From Octopus vulgaris (taxonomy: Eukaryota): 64,000 bases of DNA. The notes beneath the pieces were generated by a model. That model saw nothing but the letters and a program-made list of their open reading frames with translations, searched no databases and was not told the origin of the DNA. The number at the start of each line of letters is the position of its first letter. Position 1 is the first letter of the stretch. This document shows positions 26,298 through 39,800 of this stretch, in pieces. Made by a program: the position numbers and the translations under genes. The stretch lies in NCBI GenBank assembly GCA_951406725.2, contig OX597814.1, forward strand, positions 166,656,001 to 166,720,000, in the 5' to 3' direction.

Positions 26298-26712
26298 TCT
26301 TATTTCTTTATTGCCCACAAGGGGCTAAACATAGAGGGGACAAACAAGGACAGACAAACGGATCAAGTCGATTATATCGACCCCAGTGCGCAACTGGTAC
26401 TTATTTAATCAACTCCGAAAGGATGATAGGCAAAAGTTGACCTCGGCGGAATTCGAACTCAGAATGTAGCGGCAGACGAAATACTTATTTCTTTATTACC
26501 CACAAGGAGCTAAACATAGAGTGGACAAACAAGGAGAGACAAATGGATTAAGTCAATTATATGGCCCCCAGTGCATAACTGGTACTTATTTCATCGACCC
26601 CGGATGAAAGGCAAAAGTCGACCTCGACAGAATTTGAACTCAGAATGTAGCAGCAGACAAAATACTGTTAAGCATTTGGCCTGGCGTGCTAACATTTCTG
26701 CCAGCTCGCCGC
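26298..26712 (-). mobile_element. SINE family B head-to-tail dimer
   Basis: Full unit plus a headless unit joined at AAAGAAATAA|GTATTTCGTC; flanking TSD ATGTGCTAMCATTT. Confidence 0.85.
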
Positions 26713-27049
26713 AGAAATGTGCTACCATTTGTCACTCGACAACCACTCCTTCCCTACAATAATGATGATGGTGATAATCAACATTTAAGAATCAGAAGAC
26801 ATTATTAAAGACAGAATTATTATCTTGTCATAGAAAAAGTACATAATCTGAAGCATGTATTAGTGCAATCAATAGTGTATATACCTATGAAATAAAATCA
26901 TTAAAATCAGAGAAACAACAGAAACTCAACTGAAGCAATGAATGTGATAGAAATTTCTTTCTTTTTTTTTTTTTTGATTTATAAAAATAAAGTGAATGTA
27001 GATAAAACAAAACTGAGACTTCTTGATGGATCTATCATAGGCAAATTAT

Positions 27050-27450
27050 AGAAGTGGCTGTGTGGTAAGTAGCTTGCTTACCAACCACATGGTTCTGGGT
27101 TCAGTCCCACTGCATGGCACCTATAGTCTTCTACTATAGCCTCGGGCTGACCAAAGCCTTGTGAGTGGATTTGGTAGACGGAAACTGAAAGAAGCCCGTC
27201 GTATATATGTATATATATATGTGTGTGTGTATATGTTTGTGTGTCTGTGTTTGTCCCCCAACATCGCTTGACAACCAATGCTGGTGTGTTTATGTCCCCG
27301 TAACTTAGCGGTTTGGCAAAAAAGACCGATAGAATAAGTACTAGGCTTACAAAGAGTAAGTCCTGAGGTCGATTTGCTTGATTAAAGGCGGTGCTCCAGC
27401 ATGGCCGCAGTCAAATGACTGAAACAAGTAAAAGAGAAAGAGAAAAGAGA
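27050..27450 (+). mobile_element. SINE family A
   Basis: Consensus match. Other near-complete copies at 31231-31643, 33575-33940, 38465-38865, 39846-40228, 45648-46040 and 50110-50420. Confidence 0.85.
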
Positions 27451-27704
27451 GAATATTAAGATGTATGAAGGTGGAAAGCTGGCAGAATCGTTAGCCTGCA
27501 CTGCAGGATGCTTAGTGGCATTTTGTCTGTCTGTATTATGAGTTCGAATTCCACAGAGGTTGAGGTTGTCTTTCATCCTTTCAGGGTCAATAAAATAAGT
27601 ACTATTTGAGCATGGTACCTTGAGCTAGTGTTTTCTACCATAGCCCTGAGTTGATCAGTGACTTGTGAGGTGGGTGAATTTAGTAGGTGGAAACTGTGTG
27701 GAAA

Positions 27705-27874
27705 CACTAGTGTAGCTAGAGTGTGTGCCACCTAGAGCGGCCCTTCAGTTTTCCATTCCCAGGCCCCCAACAAGAAAATGCATATTGCCTACAGCAGACC
27801 CAAAAGTGGTGTCGCCCCCATAAAAGTACCACCTGGGGTGGATTACCCCTCTATCCTCTCTAGATATGCTAGTG
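27705..27874. mobile_element. hAT-like MITE
   Basis: TIRs CACTAGTGTAGCTAG / CTAGATATGCTAGTG; perfect 8-bp TSD TGTGGAAA. Confidence 0.75.
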
Positions 27875-28118
27875 TGTGGAAACTTGTTATATATGTGTGT
27901 GAGTCTGTCTGTCTGTCTGTCCACTCCACTGCATAACAACCAGTGTTGGTTTGTTCATGTCCCTGTAACTTAGCAGTTCAGGAAACAAGGCCAACAGAAT
28001 AAGTACCAGTCTTGAAAAAGATAAGTATTGGGGTCAATTTGTTTCATTAAACCTGTTAAGGTAATACCACTATATTCCAGTGACTGAAATAAGTAACAGG
28101 TAAATGGTAAAACGTACA

Positions 28119-28966
28119 CAGTGTTATTCAAATAGAATGAACCAATTTCATTACGCAATATTTTAATAAGGAAAAGCAATAGAAAACTCCAGCTAAGTCA
28201 CAAGTATTTACTCACAATCAACTTTATTTCCTGGCTTACAAATGTTCAATGTGGCCACCACCTGCAACACAGGTAACATCAATGCTATAAGAGAATTCCT
28301 TCCAGACATGTATCTGCTTGGCCTGTGAGATCCCCAGACCTCACCGTGTGTGATTTTTTTCTTGTGGAGATATGTAAAAGATTGTGTTTATGTTCCACCA
28401 CTACCCACTAAGCTCAATGACCTTAAACATTGAATAATATCAGTGATCAATTCAATGGATCGTGATATGCTGACATGTGTCTGGGGTGGGGGGAATTCTT
28501 TTATCGCATTGATGTTGCCCCATGCTACAGATGGTAGCCACATCTGGAAATAAAAGTTGAACAGGAACTAAAATGAACAGGAAATAAAAGAAGAAAACAC
28601 TTGCTCAAGGTGCCACAGAGTGGGACTGAACCTGAAACCACATGGCTGCAAATATGTGGCTCTCATATAGATGAACAATACTAAGCACACAGACATATAT
28701 TAAAGCAAACAAGAACCATCTGGTATGGGCACTGGAAATGCTGGATCATCTGATTTCAACCTACTGTGTTTCTTCAGTTTAGTTAGTTTTTTTAAACATA
28801 ACTTAAAAGATATAATATAAAGTTTATTATATATATACACAAAGAATGAATAGGAAATAAAAGCTGATTGTGAGTAAATACTTGCGACTTAGCTGGAGTT
28901 TTCTATTGCTTTTCCTTATTAAAATATTGAGTAATGAAATCGGTTCATTCTTTTTGAATAACCCTG
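28119..28966. mobile_element. Tc1/mariner (DD41D/rosa-like) derivative with long inverted ends
   Basis: ~110-bp inverted arms (CAGKGTTATTCAAA...) and an internal WPVRSPDLTVCDFFLWRYVKDCVYVPPLP fragment at 28320-28545. Confidence 0.8.
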
Positions 28967-29384
28967 TAAATAGGCATAGAATCTAACTGAATCTAATCAG
29001 TAGAAAGAAACAGTGATAAAAAGTCTAAATGACTGCAATTTTTGCTTATGTATAAGCCAAGTGTAGCAGGATGATAAATAAGTATAGTGTAGCAATAGTA
29101 ATAAATTCAGCAGTAAGTGGGAAATGTTTCTTATCTCTATGTGATGTTTGGTGAAAAGATTAAGTCTCTAACTGAAAGAATAAACCAAATAATAAATAGG
29201 GAAATTTTACAATAATTGGCAGCATAAGACATGCAAACAACCACTTGATGTATGAACCAATAAAGGGGCCTTTATGAAGATATGTCAAAAAAAAAAAAAA
29301 GAGATCAAAGGTTCTTCCCAATGTTGGTTTCATGGCTTTTTATGACATATATATTCCCCACCCAATCTGTAGAAGCTCATCATA

Positions 29385-29434
<50 letters not shown>

Positions 29435-29437
<3 letters not shown>

Positions 29438-29680
29438 CCCAAAGTGTACTGTATTATATATCCATTACAGCCAGCCAATCTTACCAATCAGTTTCGCACT
29501 AGGGATTCAACAGAGTGTTAGGTAACAATCCAATTATGTAACCCTGCACTCATCAGAGGTAGCCAATAAGAGCAGGGTTACATGATCAGATTGTTACCCA
29601 ACAATCCATTGAATCCCTAGTGCAAAACCAATTGGTAAAACCTTCTGTAATGGATATAAGATATTGTACCTTTCAGATAA
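29435..29680. mobile_element. Foldback MITE
   Basis: Nearly full-length palindrome (~110-bp arms, e.g. GCACTAGGGATTCAA/TTGAATCCCTAGTGC), flanked by TA. Confidence 0.8.
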
Positions 29681-30192
29681 TATACCCACTCTATTAACAG
29701 ATATACAAGTGCTTTTTTTCCTGACTATGGACTCTAAGGCAACGCAAACTCACACACACATATGTATGTACGTGTATTGTGTTCTTGTCTTTGTTCCCCA
29801 CCACCACTTGACAACTGGTATTGGTTTGATTACATCCCTGTAACTTAGGAGTTTGCCAAAAGAGATAGTAGAATAAGTACGAGATTTTAAAAAATAAGTA
29901 CTGAGTTCAATTTGTCCAGTTAAACCCTTCAAGTTGGCTGCAATCCAATGACTGAAACAAGTAGAAGATAAATACTATTTTCACAACACTGTTTAACCAT
30001 TAGTATAAAGATTACTGTTTCTTACACAAACATTAAGCTTGAGAAGTTGTAACATGCATGGTTGTTGTTACTGCTGCTGCTGTTTAACCCTAGGTCAGCC
30101 CTGACTGAACAAACTAACAATCAACAACATTTCTGCAATTGATTAACATTTGCTGTAACAAGTCATCCAGCATGGTTAATACACATGGATAG

Positions 30193-30482
30193 TTGTTTGT
30201 TCCTTCTTGAGCCATAGGGCTGGTTTCCCAGTTTCCTTGGCGTATAGGTTCCCCACCTGGACGGGATGCTGGTCTGTTGCAGGTGAGCTGCAAGACGCAG
30301 GAGGAAAGAGTGAGAGAAAGTTGTGGTGAGAGAGTCAGCAGAAGTTCACCATTACCTTCTGCCAGAGCTGCGTGGAGCTTAGGTGTTTCGCTCATAAACA
30401 TACACTTCGCCTGGCCAGAGATTCGAACCCACGATCCCTCGACCGCAAGTCCGCTGCTTTAACCACTAGGCCATGTGCATCC
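30193..30482 (-). mobile_element. tRNA-derived SINE, family E
   Basis: TGGCCTAGTGG A box, GGTTCGAATC B box, 12-bp TSD ACACATGGATAG. A related head lies at 59745-59865. Confidence 0.8.
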
Positions 30483-31393
30483 ACACATGGATAGAGCAGT
30501 CCTGAATGGCTCCTTTTAGGGGTATCTAGGATTACATTATATCTAATGTATTCTTTATTTATTTAAGACTATAGCATGTGACTTGAGAAATATTCACTTG
30601 CTATTTCTAGCAGCCATGTAGATGCTCCCTTGCATGTAGATGCAAAGGATGTTGTTAGTAATGTGAAAATAATAATATGATTTCAACTGGAAATTCAAAC
30701 TAAGTCACAGACTTAGCTTACACCTCTATCACATCTGACATATGTAGAGATCATTAATAATTAATAATGAGTAAAAATAATTGCTTTTGATATCACACAC
30801 ACAGAAAAAAGGAGTGGAGGAAATAACACTCTGTCAAGTACTTAATTGTTAAGGTTATCTATGATTTGAAAGTATATTTGATGGTGATATACAATTAGTA
30901 AAAGCTGCAATCAAAGTTGACACTGAAGAAAACACCTTCAGTAACTTTATGGAAATGCAAAAACAAACATGCTGGTGTTTTATAACTGCAAGAATTAACC
31001 AGTGAGTCAACTTCTGAAAAAACATGTAGAGCCAACAGAGGTGTTTTTAACAGGGCACAAAATCTAGGAATCATCATCATTCCAAGAAAATACAGTCCTT
31101 ATTTTTGCCAAAACAAATTGGCTGGTATTTTACATCTGTAAAAGTTAACCAATGAGTCAACCTCTGAGAAACATGTTGAACCTCCTGATGTGTTTCTAAC
31201 AGGGGCCAAACCCTAAAAATATTTTCTCGATAGGCGTAGGAGTGGCTGTATGGTAAGTAGCTTGCTTACCAACCACATCGCTCCGAGTTCAGTCCCACTG
31301 CGTGGCACCTTGGGCAAGTGTCTTCTACTATAGCCTCGGGTCGACCAAAGTCTTGTGAGTGGATTTGGTAGACGGGAACTGAAATAAGCCTGT

Positions 31394-31460
<67 letters not shown>

Positions 31461-32116
31461 TTGTCCCCCCAACATCGCTTCACAGCTGATGCTGGTGTGT
31501 TTAAATCCCCGTAACTTAGCGGTTTGGCAAAAGAAACCGATAGAATAAATACTAGGCTTACAAAGAATAAGTACTGGGGTTGATTTGCTCGACTAAAGGT
31601 GGTGCTCCAGCATGGCCGCAGTCAAATGACTGAAACAAGTAAAGATGTAAACTCATGGTACCTAAGCTAATAGTTCAATATTTTTCTTATTTACTTTTTT
31701 CACCTCTACATTTTTTTTTCCAAAAGCTAAACTTGTAACTGGGAAGTGAAACTAATACCCGTTTTGTTTGATAGATAAAGTTGATTGTGTACATTAAACT
31801 TGTTCAAACACCCAGCAAACAGTAAATGAACCAATCTCTAACCAATTAAGGAATTAAAACTCAATGTAATGCATGTCTAACAAATATGGAGATATAGGCA
31901 CAAGTGTGGCTGTGTTGTGAGAAGCTTGCTTCCCAACCACATGGTTCTGGCTTCAGTTCAACTGTGTGATACTTTGGGAAAATGTTCTACTACTATAGCT
32001 TTGGGATGACCAAAGCCTTGTGAGTGGATTTGGTAGAGAGAGACTGAAAGAAGATCTGTGTGTGTGTCTTTGTATCTGTGTTAGTCCCCACCAGTGTTTG
32101 ACAACTGGTGTTGGCT

Positions 32117-32330
32117 CAGAAAATTACTATTTGTAAATTTCCCAATGAGAGGTATTCAGCAACAGTACTCTAAAGTAAAGATTATTTGCCAACATAACAC
32201 GAAAGTCCTGGATTAGAACGACATTGTGTCGTATAGCCAACTGGAGACGATGTCTCCTGGGGCTAAATTACAGCAATATTCGTCCTAAACCAAGACTGCC
32301 ATGTTATGTTGGCAAGTAATTTTTACTCTG
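32117..32330. mobile_element. Foldback element with 9-bp TSD (MULE-like MITE) inside SINE A
   Basis: TSD GTGTTRGCT (32108-32116/32331-32339); ~75-bp inverted arms between 32170 and 32330. Confidence 0.65.
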
Positions 32331-33109
32331 GTGTTAGCTTGTTTACATCCCTATAATTTAGCAGTTTAGCAAAAGAGACTGATAGAATAAGTACCAGGCT
32401 TTAAAAAAAGTACTGGGGTTGATTCATTCAACTATATACTTTTCACAGTAGTGCCTCAGCATGGATGCAATCTAATGATTGAAACAAGTAAAAGATAAAA
32501 GGTATAATGCAAAGAATTCGCATTGGTTCTACCAAAACACATTGAGTTTGGTTACATTTAACAACTAGAATAAGCATGAAAAGAGGAAAAAAAACTAAAA
32601 AAAGTTCATTGTGGATCAACCATAATTATACCTCTAAAAATTAACTCATTTAGGAAGTACACATGTTCTTAAGAAAATAATGTCCAGCAAATAACAACGG
32701 TACCGATCAGAAAGAGAATATGGACAAAGAGAGATTTACAATGAAAATTCCTTTTATTATAAAAAAAAACCCAGAAATATTACATGAAATTAAGTTTTAT
32801 GTATTTAATGTAACATTCCGAACTTACACAATAGTATTAGCGTGACATACTCCGTGCTAATAAGATTTTCATCTTTAAGTTAATTTTATCTTCAATACAA
32901 TATTTCAATAGTTTTACCAATACCACACACACATGCACGCATTAGAACCAACAGCTCGGCTCTCTGGCATTTTTTTTCTGTCATTGTTTCCATCTAGTAA
33001 CAATTGTTTTACCAAAATAAATCAGGAAGAAGGTGGTTTTTTCTAAAGCTTAATGTTGTGATTATAAAAATATTAAAATTGGAAAAGGGGAAAACGATAT
33101 AAATTAAAG

Positions 33110-33337
33110 GGTACTACTTAAGAAGAGTGGTCCCGGTGCGCGCACTCGCTCATCCACTCACTCTAGCTAGTTGTGACTAGTCGATCCTAGAACAACTATC
33201 TAGCAAAGTAAATAAAACACAAAATAAATAATTTTCTTAAACAAAGTAAATAAAACAAAAACACAAAGTAAGGATCGACTAGTCATGACTAGCTAGCGCG
33301 GATGCGCGCACCGGGACCACTCTTCTAAAGTAGTACC
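33110..33337. mobile_element. Merlin-like MITE
   Basis: ~33-bp near-perfect TIRs starting GGTAC, further internal inverted blocks and a perfect 8-bp TSD AATTAAAG. Confidence 0.8.
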
Positions 33338-34232
33338 AATTAAAGAAGAGTAATAATTGTTGTTGCTTAGCTCCATGTCAAACCTATGAGTAAAAGTATT
33401 CCACCCATGACCACTCCGTCTATGTTCAAAGGTATTTAGCATTTACATTATCCAGTAAAAAGTAGCTGGGATGAAATTTGAAGGGGATTTGGATATCATT
33501 TCTAGCAAGACGAGCAGCCACGTTGATGATCCGTTGTTGACCCGGAAAAAGAGAAACATTTGTTTATCTTTATTTTTTACTTGTTTCAGTCATTGGACAG
33601 CCACGCTGGAGCATCACCTTGAAGTGTTTATAAATTAAATAAATCTCCCCTAGTACTTATTTCTTTTATTCTTTCTTTCTTATGTCTCTTTCGCCGAACA
33701 GCAAGGTAACGGGAACGTAAACAAACCAGCATCGGTTATCAAGAGGGGTCAGGAGACACAGACACACATAGATAGATAGAACAGGGTTATACACGGCTTC
33801 CATCTACCAAACTCATTCACATTGGTCGGTCCGGAGCTACAGTAAAAGACACATGACCAAGATACCACGCAGTGGGACTGAACCACTGAGCACGTGGTTG
33901 CTAAGCGAGCTTCTTAACCATTCAGCCGTGCCAATGCCTATGTTGAATGCAGTTAATAAATATATATATCTCAAGAAACATCTTAATATTCCAATTAACT
34001 CGCAAAGACACAATTATATTGTTCAGTGATATCACCTAACTGAGCATAATAATTATTAACTGCTATTATGGTGCCGTTAACTTTGCTCAGTACTGCTCAT
34101 GTCTTGCGGAGTCAGTCAACTGAGTCAATAATGTGACATCACTAAAAGCTCAGAGATTTGTGTTGCTTTCTAAATGAAATTGCCGTTGATATTGATGATG
34201 ATGGTGGAGATGGTAATAATAATTCCTAATTG

Positions 34233-34287
<55 letters not shown>

Positions 34288-34844
34288 GGGGTCGATAACA
34301 TAAAGTAAATACTGAGTCGATGTAATCGGGTACCCCAAAATTGCTGGCCTCGTGGAAAATTTTGAAACCATTATTATTGGTTGTATATCGTTGTGATTTA
34401 ATCCTCAATGTCTTGGGTCCTTGTGGCGAGAAAAGAAATGTCCGCCTCCTCCTCATCATCATCATTATCATCACCATCATCATCATGGTTATTATTATTG
34501 TGTGTATCTATTTTGTGTAATCAAATAATGGGATGAAGGGAACTAATTTGGAGATATAGGACATACAATAGCTATTATATAGGTAGATAACTTGTTGATC
34601 GAAATTAAAAGGAGAGAGTAAGATATAGAGATTCATAAAGAGAATGAAATGAAAGGCTAATAGCATATAGGATATCTTCAAATAAAATATATAGCGAAAG
34701 TAAGGAGTGAGAGAATAAATTGATTATAGAATGAAGAAAGAAAATACAGAAAGGTATGAGAAGAAAAGACAAGAAGAAAATAGCATATAGAAGGAGAAAA
34801 GGAATCGGAGAAGTAAAGAATTACAGACGAAATAGAAATTTTAC

Positions 34845-35130
34845 CTGAAGAAAATAGAATAATCCGGGGTGAATCGGGTGGACTTAATATAAGGGTAAGG
34901 GAGAGAATATAAGAGGAAGGAGATTCTTATAATAAAGGGAGAAAAAGAGGCAGCAGGTAGAATCTGAGAAAAAAAAAAGAGACAAAGAGAGAAGGGAATA
35001 TGGATACCCACCCGAAAATTAAGATTATGTAATTTAAGCAGCAGCACTGCCAAATCCCATTGAATATAAATAAACAACCTCTCGTTACAGTTGTCAGTTG
35101 ACAATCAGGAGGGCAAGCGAAAAGGCTTCG
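34845..35130 (-). promoter_or_regulatory. Putative non-coding first exon/promoter of a minus-strand gene
   Basis: CpG-retaining, repeat-poor zone. Minus-strand donors CAG|GTAAAA (~34845) and CGG|GTGGGT (~35011), followed by a pyrimidine-rich tract. Confidence 0.35.
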
Positions 35131-36467
35131 CCAAAAAAAAGTTATCTAAATGTTAGTTGATCGATTACAGTAACACACACACACACACACACACATATAT
35201 ATTATATAATCTTATGCTATATTATATTACATTATATTTATCTGTCACTGAATTTCTCTAACAGGGTAGGTTCACAAATTAAAAGAGATGAATGAATGAA
35301 ACTGATAATGTTAAGTTCTCGTTGAACTCAGCGACAAACCGACTTTCGATCGCTTGTTGGAATTAACCCTCACGTTAGCTAACGCTGTTTGGGAAAATTT
35401 TTAACATCACGACGCTCTAAGTTACATTAACTAGATGGGAGTCATTTATTAGGTTTTTAACTACATTTGTATATTTTCTTCGTCTGAGTTCACATCTAGA
35501 TGCTTTACGTTTTTTGTGTTCTATCCCATTGGCAAGAGTGGCATCTATTTATACTGCTCAGTAAAATAACCATTTACAAAATGAATGAGATGTACTTGTC
35601 CCTAAGAAAGAAATTATTTCGATCATCACCACCAAGTTTATTACTACAATATAATATTAACCACTACAACGAACGATGATATACTTTATATAAATAATTT
35701 TAAAAATTGGAATTAATTGCTACAAAATGATTTAATTCAACTAGAAAGAGGGTGGAGTATAAATTAAATTGGACTGTTTTAATACGCCTTATGATAATAA
35801 TAGAAAGAAAAAAATAATTTAAAATTCAGGAAAACAAATAAACTATACAGATAAGAGTCGCTAAAGTCACAAACAATTAGGTCAACAAACTTTGTTCATC
35901 CATACATTGTTCATTTTCGAGTAGGGTGTAACAATATCAGAGCAGACGTGTTAATTGAAAAAGCAGGTTACATAAAAGCGGGAAATGAGTAGAGCGGTAA
36001 TAATTTTATTTCATACATTGTCATATGGTATAAGGCCGGGTCAGAGACAATGTAGTTAGTTAATTACACGTAAATATGATAGAATTATGTTAGGATATTT
36101 TTATATTGAAAACCAAAACTAAAAGGCGTGTATAAAATTTAATAATGGTTGAAACAAACTTAGAATCATATATGTAACAAGTTTAATTTTGCTGCTATCG
36201 ATAAAAATGAGTACCTGTAATATACTATAATCGAATCCATCGAATCTGCTGAAGGATTGAGATACATTGAAGTAATACACATCGATATGTGCATAATGCA
36301 TAAGTTTTTATGTATACGTGTGTATATGTGTGCATATGCATAAGAAAAGAAGCTACTAGGTATATTTCATTATGTAAACAAACTAAACTTGAAAAACATG
36401 CAACAATGAAGTAAGTGCACGATCTCTACGATAGGTACTTCAATAAAATGTTCTTACACACACGCAA

Positions 36468-36845
36468 AAGGCGACGAGCTGGCAGAAACGTTATCACGTC
36501 GGGCGAAAGGCTTAGCAGTATTTCGTCTACCGCTACGTTCTGAGTTCAAATTCCGCCGAGGTCGACTTTGCTTTTCATCCTTTCCGGGTCGATAAATTAA
36601 GTACCAGTTATGCACTGGGGTCGATGTAATCGACTTAATCCGTTTGTCCCCGCTGTGTTTATCCCCTTGTGAGTAGTAAAGAAATAGGTATTTCGTCAGC
36701 CGTTACGTTCTGAGTTCAAATTCCGTCGAGGTCGACTTTGCTTTTCATCCTTTCGGGGTAGATGAAGTAAGTACCGGTTACGCACAAAAGTCGATGTAAT
36801 CGACTTAATCCCTTTGTTTGTCCCCTCTGGGCAACAGAGAAATAA
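36468..36845 (+). mobile_element. SINE family B head-to-tail dimer
   Basis: Junction AAAGAAATAG|GTATTTCGTC; ~22-bp TSD AATAAAATRTTCYTACACACAC. Confidence 0.85.
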
Positions 36846-39800
36846 ATAAAATATTCCTACACACACAAACATAGTTACACGTTATACACACTTAACTATC
36901 AAAATCAATTTCTCAGCGGTTTGCAACATAGGCACAAGATCATAATTTGCTGTAATAAAAATTATTTGACATGGTCAAAACACCTGGCCATAGTAGTAAT
37001 TCATCAGAGACCCAAGTGAAGACTAACGAGTGACACACACACTCGACTGATAAACGAACATAAATATTAGACAAATCTGCTGAAAGTCAATACAACACCT
37101 TATTAGTTTATTTGTTGTTTATGTATGCACACATGCATACATTCAAAGATATATATCTTTGTTTTATCTTTCTTTCATTTATTTCAGACATTGGGCTTTG
37201 GCCATGCTGAGGCACCGTCTCAATGGGTACTTTTAGTTAAACAATTCAACACCACTTATTCTTTTTCTTTCACCGAACCGAAAGTTACAGGGACATAAAC
37301 AAACCAGCACTGGTTGCTAAGCGGTGGGAGACAGACACAAACACACACATACTATGGGATTTTTTCAGTTTCTGTCTACCAAATCCATCCACAGGGCTTT
37401 GGTTGGCCCAAAGCTTATAGTAGAAGACACTTGTCTGTGGTACCATGCAATGGGACTGAACATGACACCATGTAATTCAGAAGCAAACTTCTTACCTCAC
37501 AGTCTGCACCAACATGGAGTGTGTGTGTATATAACAAACATATATGCATGCATATGCATACGTATACATGCACACATGGGTGCAGGCATGAATATCATTG
37601 CACATGTGGATTTTATTACATGCTAAAATTTTCGAATGTTTTACATATTTTCACACTACCTTTGATTGCCAGTGACTAATTGATTAGGCATGTTCTTTCT
37701 GCTTTTGTGAAACCCAGCTTTGCAAGACAGGAGCTGAGACAGTTATTCATGTAACTAAACAGTTCAATAATTATAGATAGAAACTTATTTGCAAGTTGGC
37801 AGAATCATTAGTACACCAGACTCAATGCTTAGTGGCATTTCTTCCAGCTCTTTACATTCTGAGTTCAAATTCTTCCAAGGTCAACTTTATTTTCCACCCT
37901 TTCGGAGTCAACAAAATCAGTGCCAGTCATGCACTAGGGTCAATGTGATGGACCTGCCCCTTCCTACAAAATTTCAGACTTTGTACCTTTAGTGGCAATA
38001 GTAATTACTGTATAGAAATCTAAAGCTACTGTAAGAAGAAACCATGTAAGTATACATTCATACTTCCATATTATGTGAATATTTGACAAAATGCAAGAAA
38101 AGTCACCAAATAGGAACAGAAAAACTTCAATAAAATGAGTGGCTAATAAGGATTTTTCTTTTTTTTTTTTTCATTTTTTAAAAAGATTTTGTGTAAAACA
38201 TGCATTTACTTTTTCCACACACGAGTAAATGCCATTATGCAAATGTGTTGTGACTATGTACAAAAGTCACATAAAGTCACTTAATAAACCACTTAAAATA
38301 TTACTTAATTCCTTCATGGCATTTAAATGAAATATGACATCTTTTCCCATGACATTATTTCCATACGACACACCACACATTTACAAACACAAAATATTAC
38401 AAATTATATAAAGGGCAATAGGTAAGCAGAATCAATGGAGAAAATGATTTGCATTTTTCTTACACGTAGAAGTGGCTGTGTGGTAAGTAGCTTGCTTACC
38501 AACCACATGGTTCTGGGCTCAGTCCCACTGCGTGGCTTCTTGGGCAAATGTCTTCTGCTATAGCCTCGGGCCGACCAAAGCCTTGTGAGTGGATTTGGTA
38601 GACGGAAACTGAAAGAAGCCTGTCGTATATATGTATATATATGTGTGCGTGTATGTTTGTGTGTCTGTGTTTGTCTCCCTAGCATTAATTACTTGACAAC
38701 CAATGCTGGTGTGTCTATGTCATTACTTAGCGGTTCGGCAAAAGAATCCAATAGAATAAGTACTAGGCTTACAAAGAATAAGTCCCGGGGTCGATTTGCT
38801 CGACTAAAGGTGGTGCTCCAGCATGGCCGCGGTCAAATGACTGAAACAAGTAAAAGAGTAAAGAGAGTTGAATACCACCAAACTCAACTTTGCCTTGTGG
38901 TTCTACTAACTTACTTCCTTCAAAATAGCTGGCCTTGTATCTAAAGTAGAAACAATAATTATTATTTGGCAGAATCATTAGCATGTCAGACAAAATGTTC
39001 CACAGGATTTCTTCCAGCCCTTTTTGTTCTGAGATGTTATGCTCCTATATACCTTAACGTTGTCCTCCATCCCTTTGAGGTTGAAATACCCATCCTGGAC
39101 TGGGGCCAATCTAATCGATTAACTCCTTCCCTTCAAAAATACTAGCCTTGTGCCAAACTTTGAAATGATTTTAAGGCAGCTAACTGGTGGAATTGTTAGC
39201 ACGTAGGACAAAATGCTCAGTGAGCTTCCAGCTCTTTATGTGTTGAGTTCAAATCACACCAAGGTCAACTTTGCTTTTCATCATTTCGGTGTCAATAAAA
39301 TGAAGTACCAGTCAAGTACCAGAAATGATGTAATCAGTTAATCACCTTCTCCTAAAACTGCTGGCCTTGTACCAAAATTTGAAACAATTATTATTATTAC
39401 TACTGCAACTACATGTGAATGTAGTCCACTCACAATACTCACTTTTGATGCTTACCCAACTTCCCCTATGCTATATTCACAATATACAAAAGTATTATTA
39501 CTTTCTGGTATAGTAAGTACTTATTTTTTTATATCTTGTCATTACATTTTCAATATTGTCTCAAAAAGAGAACAATAAAAAGAAACAAGAGAGTGATTGG
39601 TGTTAAGAAGGACATTTATCTTCAGAAGTCAAGCCAAAATGGACTGGAGCCTGGTGCAGCTCTCCAGCTTACCACTTCCAATCAAACCATCCAACCCATA
39701 CTACCACGGAAAACAAACAGGTGCTAAAAAGAAAATAATAATGATAGCAAGTCAAAGCAGAGTGATAATTAGGCAATGTGGACAAACCACCTGTAAAGTA

